From Ruminiclostridium sp. (GTDB taxonomy: Bacteria; Bacillota; Clostridia; Oscillospirales; Ruminococcaceae): a stretch of 64,000 nt of DNA. The stretch's first letter is position 1; each line of letters begins with the position of its first letter. Location: contig JAFPUE010000074.1 in NCBI GenBank assembly GCA_017395555.1, forward strand, positions 10,005 to 74,004. Direction: 5' to 3'. The translations under genes and the position numbers were made by a program. Shown piece after piece: positions 1 through 9,876 of this stretch. Below the pieces are notes generated by a model. It had not been told where the DNA came from. It did not search any database and saw nothing but the letters and a program-made list of their open reading frames with translations.

Positions 1-1
1 C

Positions 2-667
2 GCGGATGTTTCGGTCACTACCGATTACGGTGCGCGGCTTCTCGGCAGCGGGGAAAGGCTGAATGTTTTTACCGGAAAGCTCGACTGCGCCGAAATGAAA
101 GTGCTGATAAACGCGGGAGATTATGCGGCTGTCGTTGACGCGACGCACCCCTACGCGACAGAGGCGACAGCGAATATTTCGGAAGCCTGCGCGGAGACAC
201 AAACGCCGTATTACAGGCTTTTGCGTGGGGAATGTGAAGTGTCGGGAACGTGCGTGCAGAATCTTGATGAGCTCGTTAGTTTGCTTAATGCAACCAACAA
301 GGTCATACTTTCCACACTCGGGAGCAAGGAATTTGCAGTTATGTCAAAAGTGAACAACTGCAGACAACGTGTATGGTGCAGGGTCCTGCCCGTGGACGGG
401 ATCAATGAGATATGCGAGAGTAACGGTTTTGATGCAGCCCATATTATCGCAGAAAAACCGCCGTATTCGGTTGAGCGGAACATCGCCCACATCAGGAGCA
501 GCGGTGCGGAAATTCTTGTGACAAAGGAATGCGGGATAAAGGGCGGATATCCCGAAAAAATTGAGGCTGCAAAGCAGTGCGGCATAGAAACCATAACGGT
601 AATGCGCCCGAAAGAAAACGGATATTCGTTTGATGATATGACCGGAATTTTGACGGAGAAAATATGA
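2..667 (+). CDS. cbiJ: Precorrin-6x/cobalt-precorrin-6A reductase (5'-truncated by window edge)
   Basis: The frame is open from base 2 (ADVSVTTDYG...). Motifs VVDATHPYA, LVTKECG..GGYPEKIEAA and VMRP are typical of CbiJ/CobK; cob operon context. Confidence 0.9.
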   Translation, partial: ADVSVTTDYGARLLGSGERLNVFTGKLDCAEMKVLINAGDYAAVVDATHPYATEATANISEACAETQTPYYRLLRGECEVSGTCVQNLDELVSLLNATNKVILSTLGSKEFAVMSKVNNCRQRVWCRVLPVDGINEICESNGFDAAHIIAEKPPYSVERNIAHIRSSGAEILVTKECGIKGGYPEKIEAAKQCGIETITVMRPKENGYSFDDMTGILTEKI

Positions 668-1848
668 AAATATACATTGTCGGCATTGGTATGGACGGCG
701 ATAAAACGCTGACTGCCGAGGCAAAAACAGCGATAGAAAACGCAGATGTCCTGATCGGCGCAAAGCGTATGACAGAGCCGTTTGCGGCGCTTGGCAAACC
801 CATATTCGAGAGCTGGAAAACCGATGAGATCTGCGCGTATCTTGACGACTGCGGCAAGGAAAATGCCGCGGTGCTGATGTCGGGAGACTGCGGATTTTTC
901 AGCGGTGCGGAGAAGCTCACGGAACGTCTTGATAAGCACGAGACAGAGGTGATCGCGGGCATTTCCACACCCGTGTATTTATGCGCGAAGCTCGGTATTC
1001 CGTGGCAGGAAATGCACTTTGTGAGCCTTCACGGAGCAGACGGAAACATCGTCCGTAACGTGCGAAGAAATGTGAAATGCTTCTTTCTTCTCGGCGGAAA
1101 TGTGACGTCTGCCGACATCTGCAAAAAGCTGTGTGATTACGGCATGGGAGCCGTTAAAGTGCATATCGGAGCCCGTCTCGCGTACTCCGATGAGAGTATA
1201 AAAAGCGGGACTGCGTGTGAGTTTGCGGACGAAAGTTTTGACGGATTATGCGCGATGATCGTTGAAAATCCGAGCCCGGAAACCCGCGTTTTTTCCGGTA
1301 TTCCCGACAGTGAATTTGAGCGCGGAAATGTGCCGATGACGAAGGCCGAGATCCGCGCGGTTGTCGCTTCAAAACTGAATGTTGGCTGTAAGGAAACCGT
1401 CTGGGATATCGGCTGCGGAACAGGCTCGGTAAGCGTCGAATGTGCGCTCGCGGCATATGAAGGAAAGGTGATCGCCGTTGATAAAAACGATGATGCGATC
1501 ACGCTCACAGAGCGGAATGCGCACAGATTCGGCTGCGATAATATACGGGTGATCCGCGGCTCCGCACCGGAAATACTGAGCGGACTTCCGAGCCCGGACA
1601 AGGTTTTTATTGGCGGCGCAAGCGGGAATATTTCGGCGATCACAGATGCCGCATTTTTGAATGAAAACAAACCAAAAATCGTAATTACAGCGGTGTCGCT
1701 CGAAACGCTGAATGAAGCTGTCACAATGCTGAAAAATCACGGGCTTTCTGTCGGGGTAACACAGCTTGCGGCTGCAAGATACAAGGCTCTGGGAGCACAC
1801 ACGGTGCCGGATACACAAAACCCTGTTTTCATAATAGAAGGTGTGTAA
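664..1848 (+). CDS. cbiET: Bifunctional precorrin-6Y C5,15-methyltransferase (CbiE-CbiT fusion)
   Basis: N-terminal tetrapyrrole methylase domain (IVGIGM, SGDCGFFS, VSLHG) and C-terminal SAM domain (PMTKAEIRA, WDIGCGTGSVS, VFIGG). Confidence 0.92.
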   Translation: MKIYIVGIGMDGDKTLTAEAKTAIENADVLIGAKRMTEPFAALGKPIFESWKTDEICAYLDDCGKENAAVLMSGDCGFFSGAEKLTERLDKHETEVIAGISTPVYLCAKLGIPWQEMHFVSLHGADGNIVRNVRRNVKCFFLLGGNVTSADICKKLCDYGMGAVKVHIGARLAYSDESIKSGTACEFADESFDGLCAMIVENPSPETRVFSGIPDSEFERGNVPMTKAEIRAVVASKLNVGCKETVWDIGCGTGSVSVECALAAYEGKVIAVDKNDDAITLTERNAHRFGCDNIRVIRGSAPEILSGLPSPDKVFIGGASGNISAITDAAFLNENKPKIVITAVSLETLNEAVTMLKNHGLSVGVTQLAAARYKALGAHTVPDTQNPVFIIEGV

Positions 1849-3200
1849 TGAGACGGATAATTATTGCCGGAACGCACAGCGGGTGCGGAAAAACGACGGT
1901 CACATGTGCTGTACTTGCAGCTCTGAAAGCTCGTGGGATGAAGGTCTCGGCGTTCAAATGCGGTCCCGATTACATTGACCCGATGTTTCACCGCGAAATT
2001 ATCGGCGTACCGTCGCACAATCTCGACAGCTATTTCTGTGACGACAACACGCTGAAATATCTGCTTAACGAACACGGCTCGGACAGCGATATAGCGGTCA
2101 TTGAGGGCGTTATGGGATTTTACGACGGGGCGGACGGCAGAGGCTCTGCATATTCGCTTTCGCAGATAACCGACACGCCCGCAGTGATCGTGATCGACTG
2201 CCGTGGAATGAGCGATTCGATAGGTGCGGTAATGCGCGGATTTCTCGATTATAAACGTCCGAATAACATTGCGGGATTTATTTTCAACAGGCTTCCGGAA
2301 CGTCTGGAACCGCTTGCAAAGCGTCTTTGCGATGAGCTCGGAACACGGTATTTCGGTTCAATGCCGAAGTCGGAAATAACGATCGAAAGCAGACATCTTG
2401 GACTTGTCACTGCAGGCGAAATTGAGAACATAAAATCGAAATTGGCACAACTCGGAGAGCTCGCTGAAAAGCATATTTGTTTAGATGAAATTGCCGGAAT
2501 AAAAACGCCGGGATTTCCAGATTTCAAAGCTCCCGAATTGCCGGAAAACAGCGGCAGAAAGCCTGTTATCGCAGTTGCAAAAGACCGCGCGTTCTGCTTT
2601 ATTTATAATGACAATATCGAATTGCTGAAAAAGATCGGCTGCGAAATCAAGTATTTTTCTCCGCTCAACGACAGCAAAATTCCCGATGAGGCGGACGGAT
2701 TATATTTGTGCGGCGGGTATCCCGAATTGTACGCGGGGCAGCTTTCGGCAAACGCTGAAATGCTTGCGGATATACGTGAAAAGATCACGGGCGGACTGCC
2801 GACAATTGCCGAGTGCGGCGGATTCATGTACCTGCATGACACGTTTGAGGACGCTGACGGAAATGAGAATAAAGGTGCCGGAGTTATACACTCGAAATGC
2901 TTCAAAACTGCGAAATTACAGCGTTTCGGGTATGTTACACTGACATCGAAAAGCGATAATATTTTATGCACTTCCGGTGATAAATTCCGTGCGCATGAGT
3001 TTCATTATTTTGACAGCTGTGACTGCGGAAGTGATTTCACAGCCGAAAAAAGTGACGGCAGAAAGTGGGACTGCATACACGCAAACGACGCACTATACGC
3101 GGGATTCCCGCATTTGTATTTTTATTCCGATATAAATTTAGCAGTGAAATATTTGAACATCTGCCGAAAATACATGGAGACAGCCAAAAATGGAAATTAA
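1848..3200 (+). CDS. cbiA: Cobyrinate a,c-diamide synthase
   Basis: P-loop SGCGKTT, FKCGPDYIDP, EGVMGFYDG, SRHLGL; glutaminase domain GGYPEL, AECGGFMYL, HEFHY. Confidence 0.95.
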   Translation: MRRIIIAGTHSGCGKTTVTCAVLAALKARGMKVSAFKCGPDYIDPMFHREIIGVPSHNLDSYFCDDNTLKYLLNEHGSDSDIAVIEGVMGFYDGADGRGSAYSLSQITDTPAVIVIDCRGMSDSIGAVMRGFLDYKRPNNIAGFIFNRLPERLEPLAKRLCDELGTRYFGSMPKSEITIESRHLGLVTAGEIENIKSKLAQLGELAEKHICLDEIAGIKTPGFPDFKAPELPENSGRKPVIAVAKDRAFCFIYNDNIELLKKIGCEIKYFSPLNDSKIPDEADGLYLCGGYPELYAGQLSANAEMLADIREKITGGLPTIAECGGFMYLHDTFEDADGNENKGAGVIHSKCFKTAKLQRFGYVTLTSKSDNILCTSGDKFRAHEFHYFDSCDCGSDFTAEKSDGRKWDCIHANDALYAGFPHLYFYSDINLAVKYLNICRKYMETAKNGN

Positions 3201-4221
3201 GATATCTCCGCTCGATGAAGCAGCGGCGATCAGGGCAAATGAGCGCTGGGACAGCGTTGCAAAACCGCTCGGAAGTCTCGGGCTTTTTGAGGACACGATA
3301 ATAAAAATTGCCGGAATACAAGGCACAGAAAATGTACGGCTGAAAAAAAGATCGGTCATTGTAATGTGCGCCGACAACGGCGTTGTGCGCGAAGGCGTTT
3401 CCCAGTCCGACAGCAGTGTGACTGCACTCTGCACAAACGAAATATCAGCCGGACGCTCGAATGTGAATGTAATTGCAGAAACCGTGAACGCGGAAGTGAT
3501 CGCAGTTGATATCGGTGTCGCAGGAAAAACCAATGCCCGCAATTTTAAGGTTGCAGAAGGAACAAAAAATATCGCGGAAGGTGCCTCAATGACGCGAGAA
3601 GAAGCCGAACGCGCGGTAAATGTCGGGACAGATCTTATGCGCGAACAAAAGGAAAAAGGCGCAGATATCGTTGTTACAGGCGAAATGGGGATAGGAAACA
3701 CCACCACTTCCGCAGCAATAGCTTCCGTGCTGCTTGGGCTTTCTCCGCGTGAAGTCACCGGGCGCGGTGCAGGTCTCGACGATGCCGGACTTGAAAGAAA
3801 AATCGAAGTGATCGAACGCGCGATATCAATCAACAAGCCTGACCCGAATGACGCACTCGACGTTCTCGCAAAGGTTGGCGGATTGGATATTGCGGGAATG
3901 ACCGGACTGTTTCTCGGTGGTGCGGAATACGGAATACCCGTTGTCATCGACGGCGCGATCTCGGCAGTCGCAGCACTGCTTGCATGCAGAATTGAACCGC
4001 GCTGCAAAGATTACATTCTCGCAAGCCATGTTTCGGCAGAGCCTGTCGGGAAAATGCTGCTTGACGCGATAGGAGTAACGCCGCTGATAACTGCCGGAAT
4101 GCGGCTTGGAGAAGGCACCGGCGCGCTTATGCTGCTGCCGATGCTGGACTGTGCGCTGAGCGTTTATTACAACGCTCACACATTTGATGAGATTAATTTA
4201 GAGAGGTACAAACCGCTGTGA
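3190..4221 (+). CDS. cobT: Nicotinate-nucleotide--dimethylbenzimidazole phosphoribosyltransferase
   Basis: KPLGSLG, ADNGV, GEMGIGNTT, GRGAG, MRLGEGTGA. Confidence 0.95.
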   Translation: MEIKISPLDEAAAIRANERWDSVAKPLGSLGLFEDTIIKIAGIQGTENVRLKKRSVIVMCADNGVVREGVSQSDSSVTALCTNEISAGRSNVNVIAETVNAEVIAVDIGVAGKTNARNFKVAEGTKNIAEGASMTREEAERAVNVGTDLMREQKEKGADIVVTGEMGIGNTTTSAAIASVLLGLSPREVTGRGAGLDDAGLERKIEVIERAISINKPDPNDALDVLAKVGGLDIAGMTGLFLGGAEYGIPVVIDGAISAVAALLACRIEPRCKDYILASHVSAEPVGKMLLDAIGVTPLITAGMRLGEGTGALMLLPMLDCALSVYYNAHTFDEINLERYKPL

Positions 4222-4739
4222 CAACTTTGATAACGGGCGGAGCAAAATGCGGAAAATCACGGCTTGCGGAAAAGCTCCTCGATAATTGTCGGGGCAGAAA
4301 GTTATATATTGCAACTATGAAGCCGTTCGGAGAAGAGGCTTTTGCGGCGATAGAAAGACACAGAAAAATACGCGCCGGAAAAGGCTTTGAAACCATAGAA
4401 AAATACACCGGTCTTGACGAAATACAGATATCGGGGAAATCACATATCCTGCTCGAATGTATTGCGAATCTGTGCGCAAACGAGATGTTTGAAAACGAAA
4501 AAATCTGTGACCCGACAGAGCACATAATTCGCGGGATCGAGCACCTGCGTAAGCGTGCGGAAACCATTGTGATAGTTACGAATAATGTGGGCTCCGACGG
4601 TGTTGATTATGGCTCGGAAACGAATAAATATATTGAGGTTATGGGCAGAGTGAACGCGCTGATTACGGGCATTTCCGACAATGTTGCAGAGTGTGTTTAC
4701 GGCGTTCCCGTCGTGCTGAAAGGCAGGCTTGAAATATGA
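4218..4739 (+). CDS. cobU: Adenosylcobinamide kinase/adenosylcobinamide-phosphate guanylyltransferase
   Basis: ITGGAKCGKS P-loop, YIATM, IERHRKIR, LLECIANL, VTNNVG, GRVN; GTG start overlapping the cobT stop. Confidence 0.9.
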   Translation: MTTLITGGAKCGKSRLAEKLLDNCRGRKLYIATMKPFGEEAFAAIERHRKIRAGKGFETIEKYTGLDEIQISGKSHILLECIANLCANEMFENEKICDPTEHIIRGIEHLRKRAETIVIVTNNVGSDGVDYGSETNKYIEVMGRVNALITGISDNVAECVYGVPVVLKGRLEI

Positions 4740-5116
4740 TCATGATAACCGGCGGCGCGTATCAGGGTAAAACACAGTACGCAGAAAACCGCTTCGGATT
4801 AACGGACGATGACATTACTGACGGCAATACTTGCGACATTTCGGATGTCGCAAATGCGCGCTGCATACGGCATTATGAGCTTCTTGTCAAGCGGCTGATA
4901 ATGCAGGGGACCGATCCGCTTGAATTTACGAAAAATCTCGATATGCCGATTGTGATAATGAATGAGATTGGAAGCGGGATAATCCCGCTTGATAAAAGCG
5001 AGCGCGAATGGCGCGAGATATCAGGACGCGCAGGCTGTATTATTGCGGATAAAGCTATCGAAGTCGTTCGTGTCTGCTGCGGTATTGCAACCGTGATAAA
5101 GGGAGAAACGCTTTGA
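4736..5116 (+). CDS. Short CobU-like protein (second paralogue)
   Basis: ITGGAYQGKT, NEIGSGIIP, REWREISGR and VVRVCCGI are CobU-like, but the protein is only 126 aa. Confidence 0.8.
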   Translation: MIMITGGAYQGKTQYAENRFGLTDDDITDGNTCDISDVANARCIRHYELLVKRLIMQGTDPLEFTKNLDMPIVIMNEIGSGIIPLDKSEREWREISGRAGCIIADKAIEVVRVCCGIATVIKGETL

Positions 5117-5673
5117 TAATCAATTTTATTCGCCACGGAAAAACAGCGGGAAATCTTGAAAAACGGTACATCGGCTGCACAGATGAACCGCTTTGTGAAG
5201 CGGGTTTTGCCGAGCTGAAAAGCGTTGATTATCCCGAATGTGACATAGTGATCTCAAGCCCGATGAAGCGCTGTTTGCAGACCGCGGAAATTATTTATCC
5301 GAACATAAAAAGGACGGTTTACGACGATTTGCGTGAATGCGATTTCGGTAACTTTGAAGGAAGAAATTACATTGAAATGTCGGACGATCCGGAATACGCG
5401 GAGTGGATAAAAAAGGGCGGTGACGCACCGTTTCCGAACGGAGAAGACAGCCAGAAATTCCGCGAAAGATGTATTTCGGGATTTCTGAAAGCAATAGAAG
5501 AAAATCGGAATTACAAATCAATTTCATTTGTGGTTCACGGCGGAACGATCATGTCGATACTCGAAAAATATGCGGTTCCGCGAAAGAAATTTTACGATTT
5601 TATGACCGAAAACGGACACGGTTTTATCACCGGATTTGACGGAGAAAAAATAGAAATTATCGGAAAAATATGA
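5113..5673 (+). CDS. cobC: Histidine phosphatase, alpha-ribazole phosphatase-like
   Basis: RHG motif (FIRHGKT), SSPMKRCLQTA, LRECDFGNFEG, VVHGGTI; cob context. Confidence 0.85.
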   Translation: MIINFIRHGKTAGNLEKRYIGCTDEPLCEAGFAELKSVDYPECDIVISSPMKRCLQTAEIIYPNIKRTVYDDLRECDFGNFEGRNYIEMSDDPEYAEWIKKGGDAPFPNGEDSQKFRERCISGFLKAIEENRNYKSISFVVHGGTIMSILEKYAVPRKKFYDFMTENGHGFITGFDGEKIEIIGKI

Positions 5674-6677
5674 ATTTTGTAATACCAGTGATCCCGCTTA
5701 TAATCGGCTTTCTGCTCGATTCAATAATCGGCGATCCCTATAAACTGCCGCACCCGATAAGGCTGATCGGACGGCTCATATCGGCACTTGAAAAGTTCGT
5801 CCGTGCGCATTTCAAAAATCTTACCGCGGGCGGAGTTTTTCTTGCATTAGCTGTTATTTTGATTTCGGGAACAATATCATTCGGTGTCGTATCAGTTTGC
5901 TATTATCTGAACATCTGGCTCGGAATGGCTGTCGAAAGTATTTTGTGCTATTACATGATCGCGGCAAGATGTCTGCAGAAAGAAAGCATGAAAGTGTACC
6001 GCGCAGTCGCCGAAAATGACACGGAAAAAGCTCGCAAAGCAGTATCAATGATAGTCGGGCGAGACACGGCAGTGCTTGACAGAAACGGCATTATAAGGGC
6101 GGCAGTTGAGACTGTTGCGGAGAACACCTCCGACGGAGTTACCGCGCCGATAATATATATGGCTCTGTTCGGCGCAGTGGGTGGAGTTGTTTACAAATCC
6201 GTGAATACAATGGATTCGATGATAGGATACAGAAATGAAAAATATGAACATCTCGGAAAATTTGCCGCAAAACTCGATGATGTTCTGAATTATTTACCGT
6301 CCCGGATCACCGCTGTCGTGATGATAATATCATCGTTTCTGCTCGGATTCGACGGAAAAAGCGCGTGGAAAATATGGCGGCGTGACAGGAGAAAACACGC
6401 AAGCCCGAATTCCGCACAAACCGAATCGGTATGCGCGGGAGCATTGAAATTACGGCTTGCCGGTGACGCATATTACTTTGGAGAATTACACAAAAAGCCG
6501 TACATCGGCGACGATATCAGACCGATCGAAAACGAGGATATCCGCCGAGCGAACAGGCTGATGTATGCTGCTTCAATAATAATTCTGATAATTTTTTCTG
6601 CATTGCGGGTTTTGATCTATGGAGGTATTTTAACGTGGATAACAAACACGGCGGAGATATTTACGGGCGCGATATAA
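5670..6677 (+). CDS. cbiB: Adenosylcobinamide-phosphate synthase
   Basis: GDP..LPHP, SMIVGRDT, ETVAENTSDG, NTMDSMIGY, HASPN; hydrophobic segments. Confidence 0.95.
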   Translation: MNFVIPVIPLIIGFLLDSIIGDPYKLPHPIRLIGRLISALEKFVRAHFKNLTAGGVFLALAVILISGTISFGVVSVCYYLNIWLGMAVESILCYYMIAARCLQKESMKVYRAVAENDTEKARKAVSMIVGRDTAVLDRNGIIRAAVETVAENTSDGVTAPIIYMALFGAVGGVVYKSVNTMDSMIGYRNEKYEHLGKFAAKLDDVLNYLPSRITAVVMIISSFLLGFDGKSAWKIWRRDRRKHASPNSAQTESVCAGALKLRLAGDAYYFGELHKKPYIGDDIRPIENEDIRRANRLMYAASIIILIIFSALRVLIYGGILTWITNTAEIFTGAI

Positions 6678-7651
6678 AGCTGGATTTTTCCGCTAATCTG
6701 AATCCTCTCGGTATGCCGGAAAACGTAAAAAATGCTGCGATAAAAGCTGTCGGAAACAGCGATAAATACCCCGATCCGTTCTGCCGCGAGCTAACAAAAA
6801 AATTATCGTCGCATGAAGAAATACCGGCTGAAAAAATTGTCTGCGGGAGCGGCGCAGATGACCTGATATACCGCATTGTCCGTGCTCTCAGACCTCGCTC
6901 GGCGATAATTGCAAAGCCCACGTTTTCTGAATACGCAAAGGCACTGCGGGAGGCAGATTGTTCGGTTTGCGAATTTGATTTAAATGATATTTCAGATGCG
7001 CTGACGGAAAACGCAGATTTGCTGATATTATGCAATCCGAATAACCCCACAGGACAGCTCATTGACCGTGAATTACTGAAAAAAATCTCTGAAAAATGCG
7101 CCCAAAAAAACATTGTTTTTCTGTGCGATGAATGTTTTATTGACCTTTGCGAGAACGGCGAAATGAACTCGACAAAGCAGTTTATGAACGAAAATATCAT
7201 CGTTTTGAAAGCGTTCACAAAAACGTATGCAATGGCAGGTCTGCGGCTCGGATACGCGCTTTTCGGAAATACGGACACAGCTGAAAAAGTGCGTGAAAAC
7301 GGGCAATATTGGAGCGTTTCGACTGTCGCACAGGCAGCAGGAATTGCCGCACTCGACGAACATGAATATGTAGAAAAATCAAAAAAAATAATCTCCGAAG
7401 AGAGGAAATTTCTTGCTGATGCTCTGAAAAAATTCGGTTTTACAGTCTATCCGTCCGATGCGAATTTTATCCTGTTCAGATGTGAAATCCCGCTTGACGA
7501 AATGCTGATAAATGAAGGTATCCTGATACGGAACTGCGCGAATTACAGCGGGCTCGGAGAAGGCCGGTTCCGTATAGCAGTGCGGCTTCACGACGAAAAC
7601 GAAGCTCTCATAAATGCGATAGAAAAGGTGACAAAATGGCAAAAAAAATAA
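6635..7651 (+). CDS. cobD: L-threonine-O-3-phosphate decarboxylase (PLP, class I/II aminotransferase fold)
   Basis: HGGD, DFSANLNPLG, CNPNNPTG, DECF, AFTKTYAMAGLRLGY; GTG start preceded by GGAGG. Confidence 0.9.
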   Translation: MDNKHGGDIYGRDIKLDFSANLNPLGMPENVKNAAIKAVGNSDKYPDPFCRELTKKLSSHEEIPAEKIVCGSGADDLIYRIVRALRPRSAIIAKPTFSEYAKALREADCSVCEFDLNDISDALTENADLLILCNPNNPTGQLIDRELLKKISEKCAQKNIVFLCDECFIDLCENGEMNSTKQFMNENIIVLKAFTKTYAMAGLRLGYALFGNTDTAEKVRENGQYWSVSTVAQAAGIAALDEHEYVEKSKKIISEERKFLADALKKFGFTVYPSDANFILFRCEIPLDEMLINEGILIRNCANYSGLGEGRFRIAVRLHDENEALINAIEKVTKWQKK

Positions 7652-9099
7652 TGCTTCAGGGCACGATGTCGAATGTCGGAAAAAGCCTGCTGACAGCAGC
7701 TTTGTGCAGGATATTCAGACAGGACGGATATTCCGCCGCGCCGTTCAAATCACAGAATATGGCGCTTAATTCGTACATAACCCGCGACGGACTTGAGATA
7801 GGAAGAGCGCAGGCAATGCAGGCGGAATGTGCGGGGCTCGAACCCTCGGTGCTTATGAATCCGATATTGCTCAAACCCACAACCGACGTAGGCTCGCAGG
7901 TGATCGTGAACGGAAAAGTTCGCGGAAATATGCGTGCGGCAGAATATTTCCGGCACAAAAAAGAGCTGATCCCCGACATTCTTTCCGCATTCAACACGCT
8001 TTCGGAGCGGCACGATATCATAGTTATCGAGGGTGCAGGAAGCGCCGCGGAGCTAAATCTGAAAGCCGACGACATTGTGAATATGGGTCTTGCGAAGCTC
8101 GTTGACGCTCCCGTTCTGCTTGTAGGTGACATTGACCGCGGCGGCATTTTCGCACAGCTTCTCGGGACTTTAATGCTGATCGAAAACGACGAACGCGAAC
8201 GTATAAAAGGATTGATCGTCAACAAATTCCGCGGTGACAAAACGATATTCCAAAGCGGTGTTGACATTCTCGAACAGCGCGGCAATGTACCGGTTGCCGG
8301 AGTTGTGCCGTATATAAAGTGTGATATAGAGGATGAGGACAGCCTTTCCGATAAGCTCGGAAACCGTTCTGCAAGCGGGATCATAGATATCGCAGTGATA
8401 CGTCTTCCGCACATTTCAAACTACACCGACTTCGACGCGTTTTTGCAGTATGACGGAGTTTCGGTTCGTTTCGTAACGAAATACACGGAGCTCGGCGAGC
8501 CTGATCTGATCGTGATTCCGGGTACTAAAAGCACTATCGCGGATATGCGCTGGCTACGTGAGAGCGGGCTTGAAGCCGCGGTAAAAAAGGCAGTCGGAAA
8601 GGTGCCGGTATTCGGAATCTGCGGCGGGTATCAGATGCTCGGCAAAAAAATAGCCGACCCCGAAAAATCGGAGGGCGGCGGTGAAATAGAAGGTATGGGA
8701 CTGCTTGATACGGCGACTGTGTTTTCCGCGGAAAAACATCAGACGCAGACAAGCGGAAATTTCGCGCAGATCGGCGGTATGCTGTCGGCTTTATCGGGGC
8801 TGAAATTCTCCGGCTACGAGATACACATGGGCGAGACCGAGGAAAACCCGGAAAAGCTGCTCGACTGCGGAGGCGCTTATTCCGGCAGCGTTTACGGCTG
8901 CTATATCCACGGCATTTTCGACGAGCCAGAGGTCTCGTCCGCAGTCGTGAAAACTCTGTATGAGCGCCGGGGACTGCACTTTGACGGAACGGGGATAGAC
9001 CGCAGAGCGTACAAGGAAAAGCAGTTCGATATACTCGCGGACGAGGTTCGCAAAAATCTCGACATGGAGCTTATCTATACAATCCTCGGTCAGCGCTGA
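7636..9099 (+). CDS. cbiP: Cobyric acid synthase
   Basis: QGTMSNVGKS, PFKSQNMALNS, MNPILLKP, EGAGS, DIDRGG, GICGGYQMLG, GYEIHMG, YIHGIFD. Confidence 0.96.
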   Translation: MAKKIMLQGTMSNVGKSLLTAALCRIFRQDGYSAAPFKSQNMALNSYITRDGLEIGRAQAMQAECAGLEPSVLMNPILLKPTTDVGSQVIVNGKVRGNMRAAEYFRHKKELIPDILSAFNTLSERHDIIVIEGAGSAAELNLKADDIVNMGLAKLVDAPVLLVGDIDRGGIFAQLLGTLMLIENDERERIKGLIVNKFRGDKTIFQSGVDILEQRGNVPVAGVVPYIKCDIEDEDSLSDKLGNRSASGIIDIAVIRLPHISNYTDFDAFLQYDGVSVRFVTKYTELGEPDLIVIPGTKSTIADMRWLRESGLEAAVKKAVGKVPVFGICGGYQMLGKKIADPEKSEGGGEIEGMGLLDTATVFSAEKHQTQTSGNFAQIGGMLSALSGLKFSGYEIHMGETEENPEKLLDCGGAYSGSVYGCYIHGIFDEPEVSSAVVKTLYERRGLHFDGTGIDRRAYKEKQFDILADEVRKNLDMELIYTILGQR

Positions 9100-9728
9100 T
9101 AAAGCGTGTAGAGCATAGCATTCAGAATGGCGGCGGCAACAGTGCTTCCGCCTTTTCTTCCGTCTGCGACGATGTACGGAACGCCCGCTGTCATTATGAG
9201 TTTTTTCGCTTCGACGACATTAACAAATCCCACGGGAGCGCCGACTATCAGAGCGGGGCTTATTTTTTTCTCCGTTATAAGCTCGTGCAGTCTTATCAGT
9301 GCAGTCGGGGCATTTCCGACTGCGTATATCAGCGTTCTGTCCGCGAACGATTCGGCTGCTTTTTCAACGGAAACAACTGCGCGGGTAACACCGCGTTCCT
9401 TTGCTTTTTCGGCAACATCGGGATCTGACATAAAGCAGTGCAGCTCGCAGCCGAGCTTTTTGCAGGCGGGCTTGCTTATTCCGGAAAGAGCCATTTGTGT
9501 GTCGGTAACGATGACCGCACCGGCGTTCAGTGCAGCTATTCCGAGCTCTGCGGCATTTTCCGAAAAACGCAGATTATTCTTGTAATCAAAGTCGGCGGTT
9601 GTATGAACGCACCGCTTGACGATCAGCTTTTCATGCTCCGAAAACGCGGACATATCGCCGATCTCGTTCTCAATTATTTCCATGCTCCGGCGTTCGATGT
9701 CGGCGGGAAGAATGTTTTCGATCTTCAT
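9090..9728 (-). CDS. cbiC: Precorrin-8X/cobalt-precorrin-8 methylmutase
   Basis: IERRSMEII, RCVHTTADF, VGNAPTAL, PVGFVNVVEAK, GRKGGSTVAAA. Confidence 0.95.
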   Translation of the reverse strand: MKIENILPADIERRSMEIIENEIGDMSAFSEHEKLIVKRCVHTTADFDYKNNLRFSENAAELGIAALNAGAVIVTDTQMALSGISKPACKKLGCELHCFMSDPDVAEKAKERGVTRAVVSVEKAAESFADRTLIYAVGNAPTALIRLHELITEKKISPALIVGAPVGFVNVVEAKKLIMTAGVPYIVADGRKGGSTVAAAILNAMLYTLYQR

Positions 9729-9764
9729 TGAGGTTCTCCTTTATTGGATTAATTTATTGTATTC

Positions 9765-9793
9765 ATTATACCTCAAATTGTCAAAATAATCAA
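9765..9793 (-). promoter_or_regulatory. Sigma-A promoter of cbiC
   Basis: Minus strand TTGATT-17 nt-TATAAT, then a short leader with AAGGAG RBS. Confidence 0.6.
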
Positions 9794-9804
9794 GCCTGTA
9801 ATGC

Positions 9805-9838
9805 AAAAACTCCGGGCCGCGTAATACGGCTCGGAGTA
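9805..9838 (-). terminator. Intrinsic terminator after the DUF4353-like gene
   Basis: Stem ACTCCGGGCCG/CGGCTCGGAGT with a T-tract on the minus strand. Confidence 0.7.
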
Positions 9839-9876
9839 AATTATTATATCCTCATGGGGCAGGGAATTGCTGTATT

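Noticed and set aside
9729-9876. Cobalamin riboswitch upstream of cbiC (or upstream of the rSAM operon)
   Set aside because: Both leaders are too short and lack a B12-box. The main cob operon leader is outside the window.
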